Source of the DNA: an uncultured Gammaproteobacteria bacterium
Lineage (GTDB): Bacteria > Patescibacteriota > Microgenomatia > Levybacterales > GWA1-39-11
Direction of reading: 5' to 3'
DNA length: 35,508 nucleotides
Assembly: GCA_964519355.1 (NCBI GenBank)
Contig: CAZFJW010000002.1
Location: 1 to 35,508 of the forward strand
Positions 13,885-19,885 of this stretch are shown piece after piece. Numbering within the stretch: position 1 is the stretch's first letter; each line of letters begins with the position of its first letter. Under the pieces are notes generated by a model, which searched no databases, was not told the origin of the DNA, and was given only the letters and a program-made list of their open reading frames with translations. Position numbers and translations under genes: made by a program.

Positions 13885-14145
13885 CCATCTAATATTTTTA
13901 TAATTTCCGAGGAATTTTTAGTCCTCATCACTATAACCAGTACAAAGTAGAACAAGGAACTTTTCATAGAAAAAAATTCGCGCCTGGTTCGTCCCATAAC
14001 AACATTTAAAATTCCATTTTTAGCTATAAAAATTGCGCCGTTTTCGGTGAAAACAGGCGCATAATAAAAGTGATTCACTTGTACTAAATAGACACTACTT
14101 TGTATCAGTTGACCCTACCAGTAGTGTTGCGCATATAATGACTAC

Positions 14146-14411
14146 GTTCTTTCTTAATCCAGCTAATGAGGTAGTAACATACTTCATCTTCGGGACTAGA
14201 AGGTAATGCCAGAACACCCGGGGGCTACTGCCCACCCGGGAGCCGGCGAAGTTAGGATAGAAGTGCCGTCTTTATGTCTACGAGCTTGATACATAAAGAC
14301 AAATAGTAAAAACGTAAGTTGTCGTTACTTTTTACATTATGGTTACTTACTGTCCAAAAAATTTAACTCGATATTATTACAAAAACCAGCCATAGTTGTG
14401 CTGGTTTTTTT
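14146..14411 (+). ncRNA. Candidate structured leader or small RNA upstream of the TasA-like operon
   Basis: A possible promoter is TTGACC (14109-14114)...CATATAAT (14132-14139). Hairpins lie at 14217-14240 (GC-rich, bulged A), 14268-14300 (10-bp perfect inverted repeat) and 14306-14335 (11 bp). A terminator follows at 14381-14411. No convincing ORF and no riboswitch class recognised. Confidence 0.35.
14381..14411 (+). terminator. Rho-independent terminator (A-tract/hairpin/T-tract, potentially bidirectional)
   Basis: AAAAACCAGC, a 9-nt loop, then GCTGGTTTTTTT. It sits 70 nt upstream of ATG 14482. Confidence 0.7.
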
Positions 14412-14481
14412 GTGTTCGAAAAAGGGCCTATATGCCTACATATAGGAATAAATAACTTTACAGAAAGGGGGTGAAAATAAA

Positions 14482-15063
14482 ATGATAAATAGAAGAATAA
14501 TAGCAAGCGGACTTTCAATCGTCTCAGCACTCGCAGTGATGGGAGGAGCGACATTCGCTTTCTTTACAAGTACTGCATCAAGTACCGACAACGTTTTTGC
14601 TAGTGGAAATATGACTTTGCAATTAGACGATAACGATGACGTCACGCCTGCATCAACAATTGACGCTTCATTTGGTGATGGAGATCTGGCACCAGGAGAC
14701 ACAACTTCTGGTTTTATTTCAATGCATAATGGTGGAAATATCGCGATTGCTGAAGTCAATTTGGGTTCAAATCAAACTGTAACAAGTTCTCCTGATTTGG
14801 CAACTAGATTGAATATTACCTCAGCAAAAATTGGTAATGATTCGACATGCTCAACTGGTGATGTTAATATCTCTGGAAGCTTCACAACTCTAGCTGCATT
14901 AGATGCTGCTGATTTGGATTTGCCAAGCTCTGCTTTGGCTCCTGGAGCAACAAGATATCTTTGTCTTACATTCCAGTTTGATCCTACTTCTGACGACACG
15001 TTTCAAGGAAAGACAATTACTGAAACGTTCACATTTGTGGGGCATCAAGATGCGTCTCAATAA
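14482..15063 (+). CDS. TasA/camelysin (M73)-superfamily secreted protein with a SipW-type signal peptide
   Basis: AAAGGGGGTG lies 9 nt before the ATG. The N-terminus LAVMGGATFAFFTSTASSTDNVFASGNMTL matches the TasA/CalY signal plus mature N-terminus pattern (GTFAxF(S/T)...N.F..G). The body has DLAPGD, NGGN and FQG...F.F motifs typical of the family. Confidence 0.8.
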   Translation: MINRRIIASGLSIVSALAVMGGATFAFFTSTASSTDNVFASGNMTLQLDDNDDVTPASTIDASFGDGDLAPGDTTSGFISMHNGGNIAIAEVNLGSNQTVTSSPDLATRLNITSAKIGNDSTCSTGDVNISGSFTTLAALDAADLDLPSSALAPGATRYLCLTFQFDPTSDDTFQGKTITETFTFVGHQDASQ

Positions 15064-15070
15064 AAAAATC

Positions 15071-15106
15071 GGTCGGAGAGACGGTGCCTACTCCTTCTCT
15101 CCGACC
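15071..15106 (+). promoter_or_regulatory. Intercistronic stem-loop without a T-tract (possible attenuator or mRNA-stability element)
   Basis: GGTCGGAGAG (15071-15080) pairs perfectly with CTCTCCGACC (15097-15106), directly after the TasA-like stop codon. Confidence 0.45.
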
Positions 15107-15205
15107 TACGATGGCACATTTAGTTTGAGATATTAAAAGACATTTGTCAATAGAATGATGTAGTTAGGGGACTTCGGAGAAAAACTTCTCCTTGGTTCGG
15201 TAATT

Positions 15206-15796
15206 ATGTCACACACAACTGCCCATAAAATTGTGCGGGGAACCATTAAGGTTCTTCATATCAAATTAACTATCCTTGCATTTATACTGCTGCCCATTGC
15301 AGTCTTTACTCTTATTACGTCAAAGACTGACAGAATCGGCGGAATTCAGTCCTTTGTCGTTCTGACTGGTTCTATGACTCCTAATATTCCACAGGGAAGC
15401 GTTATTTTTACGAAAAAAGCACATGCTTATTCTGAAGGCGATGTAATTGCTTTTAATTCAAATGGACGCAATATCACCCACAGAATTGCAAAAGTAGAAA
15501 ACCTCAATGGTGATGTATATTTCCAGACCAAAGGAGATGCCAATAATGTCGCAGATTCAGACTTGGTAAATATTAATGATATTGTCGGGAGGTCACAGCT
15601 GCATCTTCCATATATAGGCAAGGTTATTTTATTTCTTAAGACTATTCAGGGATTTTTGGTGATGATAGTTGCTCCCTCGCTTATCTTTATCGGGATGGAA
15701 TTGTGGGCTATAAAGCGTGAAATCGAACGAGAAACAGAAAAAAAGGTATTAAGACGAATTTCGGAACAGCAGGTATCAAATGTTGTTGTTAGTTAA
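15206..15796 (+). CDS. sipW: Signal peptidase I, SipW/archaeal-ER type (S26B)
   Basis: Motifs VVLTGSMTPNIPQGSVIF (catalytic Ser box), GDVIAF, ITHRI (catalytic His) and KGDAN, plus a C-terminal TM helix. Confidence 0.85.
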   Translation: MSHTTAHKIVRGTIKVLHIKLTILAFILLPIAVFTLITSKTDRIGGIQSFVVLTGSMTPNIPQGSVIFTKKAHAYSEGDVIAFNSNGRNITHRIAKVENLNGDVYFQTKGDANNVADSDLVNINDIVGRSQLHLPYIGKVILFLKTIQGFLVMIVAPSLIFIGMELWAIKREIERETEKKVLRRISEQQVSNVVVS

Positions 15797-15824
15797 ATCT
15801 AACCCTGAAGTGCAAGATGTGTAA

Positions 15825-16310
15825 ATGAAGAAAAACAGGGTAAAAATATTAGTATTATTAATGCTTTTGGCAGGATCTGCGTCCTTTAGTATAACTCGTG
15901 CCTTTTTTACGAGCAGTGCACAGTCACAGAATAATACATTTTCAGCCAAAGAATTTTTCCCAAGATCCGCACCTATTTATGTAAGTAATCCTTTCACATG
16001 TGCAACTGGCGCAACAGATACTTCAACTCAAAAAGGAACTGTCACTTTTGATAAGAACCCTACGACATTTGATATATCGATTAGCGTGACGAGCGCAAGT
16101 GCAAATACCCAGTATCAGCTATGGGTTAATCAAGACCCTGGGGCATGTCCTTTGGGTGCGCCTACCGTTCCCTCTTTCCTCACAACTGATGGAGATGGTA
16201 ATGGTTCAGGAACGTTGTCAGGTCATGGAATAGTGGGAGGAGCAGCAAATTTCTGGATATCCTTAGTCGGCGGATCTGATGTATTTCGGAGCACGGCTGT
16301 GAATTTTTAA
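15825..16310 (+). CDS. Small secreted protein with a SipW-type signal peptide
   Basis: MKKNRVKILVLLMLLAGSASFSITRAFFTSSAQSQNNTFSA shares the AFFTS...N(N/V)FxA motif with the 14482 gene product. Confidence 0.7.
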   Translation: MKKNRVKILVLLMLLAGSASFSITRAFFTSSAQSQNNTFSAKEFFPRSAPIYVSNPFTCATGATDTSTQKGTVTFDKNPTTFDISISVTSASANTQYQLWVNQDPGACPLGAPTVPSFLTTDGDGNGSGTLSGHGIVGGAANFWISLVGGSDVFRSTAVNF

Positions 16311-16311
16311 T

Positions 16312-17427
16312 ATGAAAAGACTTTTTAGAATAACAATGTTTTTCTCGCTTATTGCGATAATTACTGCCCAGACGCAGGATCTGCAGCGGGCAATTTCAAA
16401 TGCTGTAGAAGGATTCAAACCTGTCGAAACCGCCTACGCTATTGGAGGACTGAGTGTTAATTGGGGAGTTCCAGAGGGAAATCCAATATTTACCATATCA
16501 GGTGCCGCTCCGGGTCAAGATGAGGCACGAAGTGTGCTTGTTACGAATGGTGATATAGTTTCACTTCCTGTTGCAATAAAGGGTAAAAATCTTACATCAT
16601 CTGGGGGACTCGAGACAGTCCTGGATCTCAAAATTTCACAAGGTGGAGTTGATATATACGGAGGCACATCTCCAACAGGTCCTAAAACGCTTGCACAATT
16701 TATGACCGATTCGCTAAATCCAAATGGAATCTCCCTTTCAACAATTGGTGCAGGTTTGAACGAGACGTATGATATTACAGTTACATTTCTAGCAAGTGCG
16801 GGGAATGAATACCAAAATACTGATGTTGAATTCGATCTTGTTATCGGAATTTTAACTGATATTCCCGTCGAGTGTTCTTTTATAGATATGACCGGAAAAT
16901 TCCCAATTTTTGGAACGGGTGCCAGTGAAAAAATAAAAGGCACAACAGGATCTGATGTGATTTTCGGACTTGGCGGTAATGACAAAATTTATGCAAAGGG
17001 AGGGCGTGATTGTGTAATCGGAGGAGCGGGAGAAGATCAAATACATGGTGAGACAGGAGATGATGTACTTTTTGGAAATGAAGATGAGGACACGGTTGAT
17101 GGCGGGACTGGAAGCGATCTTATTTATGGAGGAGCAGGAAATGATGAAGTTGACGGTGAGTCAGGAGATGACATGGTAAATGGCGATGGTGGAGATGACA
17201 AGGTAGATGGTGGAAGCGGAAGAGATATTCTGCATGGTGGAGATGGAGCAGATGAAATGGATGGAGGAGCAGGTAATGATGATATATATGGGGAGAATCA
17301 AGCAGATATTCTGGACGGCGGTGCCGGAAATGACTTGCTTGTGGGAGGAGCTGACAGTGATAAATTGAATGGTCAGGCAGGACGTGATACATGCACAGGA
17401 GAGATTAAGAAAAATTGCGAGTTATGA
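16312..17427 (+). CDS. Secreted protein: TasA-like N-terminal domain fused to an RTX-type calcium-binding repeat region
   Basis: Signal/anchor MKRLFRITMFFSLIAIITA. The N-domain has APGQD...VLVTNGD...AGNEYQNTDVEFDLVIG. Then come 18 consecutive nonamers of GGxGxDxxx type (GLGGNDKIY, GGAGEDQIH, GGTGSDLIY...). Confidence 0.75.
   Translation: MKRLFRITMFFSLIAIITAQTQDLQRAISNAVEGFKPVETAYAIGGLSVNWGVPEGNPIFTISGAAPGQDEARSVLVTNGDIVSLPVAIKGKNLTSSGGLETVLDLKISQGGVDIYGGTSPTGPKTLAQFMTDSLNPNGISLSTIGAGLNETYDITVTFLASAGNEYQNTDVEFDLVIGILTDIPVECSFIDMTGKFPIFGTGASEKIKGTTGSDVIFGLGGNDKIYAKGGRDCVIGGAGEDQIHGETGDDVLFGNEDEDTVDGGTGSDLIYGGAGNDEVDGESGDDMVNGDGGDDKVDGGSGRDILHGGDGADEMDGGAGNDDIYGENQADILDGGAGNDLLVGGADSDKLNGQAGRDTCTGEIKKNCEL
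16912..17397 (+). repeat. Tandem 27-nt (nonapeptide) RTX repeat array inside the CDS
   Basis: Residues 201-362 parse into 18 in-register 9-aa units beginning GTGASEKIK and ending GQAGRDTCT. Confidence 0.75.
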
Positions 17428-17519
17428 GAAGGCAAAAAGTATGAAGCGCAAAGTAAGGAAGTAATTTTTAACTTAATACTTTTTACTTTTAAATTTTTTG
17501 AAAGGAGGTGAATAAAATT

Positions 17520-18119
17520 ATGACAATACGAACAAAAATTACAGCAGGTCTGTCTGCTGCTGCAATGTTTTCAGCTATTGCTGCGCCAGCTGCATTTGCG
17601 GCTACAACAGTTGATATCTCTGGAAATGGAGCAGGATCAAAAAATACTGTAGAGTTAACTGGGTCAAATTCTGACAAACTCGTACAGAAAAATAGCACAA
17701 CCGTTGTGACATCTATTGTTGCCAAGTCAAACACTGGCGGCAATAAAGCAAACGGAAATACCAATGGAGATGTAACAATCTCTACAGGGGACGCAACAAC
17801 GGAAGTTGCTGTTATGGTAGGAGGAGGAAGCAATGAGGCTACATTGCCTGATTGCGGCTGCGCGCCAGAGGATTTGGATGTAACAATCTCTGGTAACGGA
17901 AAGGATTCTGATAATAAAGTAAAGAAGTCAGATACAAATACCAAAACTACCAAACAAAAAAACAAGACAGCTGTTACAGCTGCTGTTACGGCCAAAGCCA
18001 AAACCGGAAAAAATAAAGCAAATAACAATACTGGTCCAGGTGCAGTTGACGTAACAACTGGTGAAAGTAATACATCAGTAGGCGTACAAGTTGACGGTGC
18101 CACAAACACACTCAACTAG
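17520..18119 (+). CDS. Secreted Asn/Gly/Thr/Lys-rich protein with two tandem ~75-aa modules
   Basis: AAAGGAGGTG (17501-17510) lies 9 nt before ATG 17520; the track start at 17508 is a GTG inside the SD. The signal peptide ends AAFA. Both modules carry ISGNGxxSxN...K(S/A)(N/K)TG(G/K)NKAN(G/N)NT(N/G)...V(T/D)(I/V)(S/T)TG(D/E). Confidence 0.7.
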   Translation: MTIRTKITAGLSAAAMFSAIAAPAAFAATTVDISGNGAGSKNTVELTGSNSDKLVQKNSTTVVTSIVAKSNTGGNKANGNTNGDVTISTGDATTEVAVMVGGGSNEATLPDCGCAPEDLDVTISGNGKDSDNKVKKSDTNTKTTKQKNKTAVTAAVTAKAKTGKNKANNNTGPGAVDVTTGESNTSVGVQVDGATNTLN

Positions 18120-18198
18120 TTTTTCTTGAGCATTCCCGCTCCGAGTCGACCGGGGCGGGAGCTCATATCTTGGAAAAAGCGGGAGGTGAATTTTAAAA

Positions 18199-18555
18199 AT
18201 GAATATTAAAACAAAGATCACAAGCGGAGCAGTTACCGGAGCGCTCCTTATAACATGCGTTGCTCAAAGCGCTCACGCTTCAGTGGAAATAAAAGGAAAC
18301 GGGTCAGGATCTAACAACTCTATATCAATTTCTAAGAGTTCGTCTGTTGGAATTTCACAATCTAACTCTAATTCGATCTCAAGTTCTGTCACAGTGAAAT
18401 CAAATACTGGCGGAAACAAAGCGAACAACAATACAGGGGGAAATGTGTCAATTCATACTGGCAGTTCCAAAACAACTGTAAAAATAAAAAATAATGTCGG
18501 CGGTAACGCCATTTCAGGCTGGCTGAAAAGCTGCTGGAATTGGTTTTGCTGGTAG
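18199..18555 (+). CDS. Secreted single-module paralog of the 17520 gene, with a Cys/Trp-rich tail
   Basis: GGGAGGTG SD. Signal peptide ...AQSAHA. The module is IKGNGSGSNNSI...VKSNTGGNKANNNTGGNVSIHTGSS. The C-terminus is GWLKSCWNWFCW. Confidence 0.7.
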   Translation: MNIKTKITSGAVTGALLITCVAQSAHASVEIKGNGSGSNNSISISKSSSVGISQSNSNSISSSVTVKSNTGGNKANNNTGGNVSIHTGSSKTTVKIKNNVGGNAISGWLKSCWNWFCW

Positions 18556-18566
18556 ACTTTAGGCAG

Positions 18567-18612
18567 AGAAAGGATCAGCCGCACTGCTGGTCCTTTCTTT
18601 TTGCCTTTTTTT
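18567..18612 (+). terminator. Rho-independent terminator of the fibre/matrix cluster
   Basis: AGAAAGGATCAGC (18567-18579) pairs with GCTGGTCCTTTCT (18586-18598), followed by TTTTGCCTTTTTTT. Confidence 0.75.
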
Positions 18613-18626
18613 AGCGTGAAAGGCAT

Positions 18627-18655
18627 TTGATTTCAATTTGGTTACAGGCTACAAT
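18627..18655 (+). promoter_or_regulatory. Putative mreC promoter
   Basis: TTGATT (18627-18632), a 17-nt spacer, then TACAAT (18650-18655). Confidence 0.5.
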
Positions 18656-18657
18656 GG

Positions 18658-19416
18658 GTGGGAAACGTGAGAAGCATTCTTATTTCAATTCTAGTCCTCG
18701 TTCTATTTTTTCTTGTAATTGTCTTGTTTGATAGATCAGGCCCTGTTGGAGTTTTCAGAAAAAATTCTCAAGATGCTCTGTCAATTCCCAGAAGTTTTAT
18801 TTACAAAATATTCCGTTCTGAAGAGAGTGCTCTTGATAAGGAAAAACTTGATACAAATGCACTTCTTCTCGAAATTGAAAATTTAAAAAAAGACAATCAA
18901 GCATTCAGATCTCAATTTGAAACTGCCGGAATCCCAACTGTAACTCTTCTTCCCGCAAAAGTTGTTGGTTTTTTGGGAGAAGCACATACTCCTCATAGTT
19001 TTATTATTGATCAAGGAGAAAAGAGCGGGGTAAAAAGAGGGATGGCAGCAGTATTCCAAAATCACCTTGTTGGAGTTGTGCATGCTGTTGTGGGTGATTA
19101 TTCTGAGGTATATCTTCCAAGTCATGAGTCATTTCGAATTTTAGGAAAAGTTGTCGGAAAAGAAGCAAATGGAGTGATCGTTGGCGGAGGAAGTGAAATA
19201 AATTTTGAGAATGTCGTCTCGTCTCAAGATGTTGTCGAAGGTGATATTGTGAGGACTTTTGAAAATCAAAAAAATATTGAATTTGGAATACCAGACGATT
19301 TGGTAATTGGCAAACTTATTGAGGTAAATAAAGACAGGTCAGTTCCACTCAAATCGGGCAAAATAAAGTCGTATATCGTATTCCCAAATCTGCACAAGGT
19401 TTTTATTGTAAAGTAA
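18658..19416 (+). CDS. mreC: Rod shape-determining protein MreC
   Basis: N-terminal TM helix, coiled coil LLLEIENLKKDNQAFRSQFE, then beta-domain motifs HLVGVVHAVVGDYSEVYL and ANGVIVGGG. The start is GTG 18658 or, more compatible with the promoter, in-frame GTG 18667. Confidence 0.8.
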   Translation: MGNVRSILISILVLVLFFLVIVLFDRSGPVGVFRKNSQDALSIPRSFIYKIFRSEESALDKEKLDTNALLLEIENLKKDNQAFRSQFETAGIPTVTLLPAKVVGFLGEAHTPHSFIIDQGEKSGVKRGMAAVFQNHLVGVVHAVVGDYSEVYLPSHESFRILGKVVGKEANGVIVGGGSEINFENVVSSQDVVEGDIVRTFENQKNIEFGIPDDLVIGKLIEVNKDRSVPLKSGKIKSYIVFPNLHKVFIVK

Positions 19417-19417
19417 T

Positions 19418-19885
19418 ATGGTTTTCGTAATTCTAATACTCAGCAGTATTTTTTTAGATTCTTCTTTTTTCTCTATTCCTCTGGTTTATATTCTAAGCAT
19501 ACTTTTTGTAAGACGGGCATTTGTGAAGCATGAACTCGCGAAAAGAAAAACATTAGGCTACTCAAGTCATAAGACAGAACACCTTGATATTATTTTCCCT
19601 TTAGTAGTTGGAATATCAGCACTTTTTTGCATAGATGTTGTCAGAATGGGAACATTGGGAGTTTCTCCTTTGCTATTTCTTCTAAGTGTCACGCTTCTTA
19701 TTGGGTATGGGAGATTTTTCGAAATAAAAAAGTCTCGTTTTTTTGCACTTTTTCTGACAGGGGTAGTTGGATTATATGCGTACTTTTTAGGATACGATGT
19801 ATTTGCAACGATGGTTTTCTTAAGCATTCTGGTTGTTGGAAAATGGATACTGTCACTGTATAAAAAGAACAATGAAAAAAATTAA
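19418..19885 (+). CDS. mreD: MreD-like membrane protein
   Basis: 155-aa multi-TM protein positioned between mreC and PBP2. The call rests on position and topology. Confidence 0.6.
   Translation: MVFVILILSSIFLDSSFFSIPLVYILSILFVRRAFVKHELAKRKTLGYSSHKTEHLDIIFPLVVGISALFCIDVVRMGTLGVSPLLFLLSVTLLIGYGRFFEIKKSRFFALFLTGVVGLYAYFLGYDVFATMVFLSILVVGKWILSLYKKNNEKN

Noticed and set aside
13830-14078. 82-aa minus-strand ORF in the non-coding region after the cassette
   Set aside because: It has a GTG start without an SD. Its 3' end reads through the cassette terminator hairpin, and its sequence is low complexity. It is most likely spurious.
14150-14260. TPP, c-di-GMP, c-di-AMP or cobalamin riboswitch in the TasA-operon leader
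   Set aside because: There are only fragmentary resemblances. GGUAAUGCCAG is like part of the TPP P3 region, and AAUCCAGCUAA is like a ydaO segment. The UGAGA and ACCUGA boxes, GEMM tetraloop-receptor features and the B12 box are missing or in the wrong order.
17120-17392. His/Leu-rich 90-aa minus ORF, plus the other antisense ORFs 16515-16985, 17489-18115, 27952-28491 and 32508-32969
   Set aside because: They lie antisense to well-supported genes (RTX repeats, repeat protein, acidic protein, SulP). Repetitive or biased sense composition keeps the antisense frame open.
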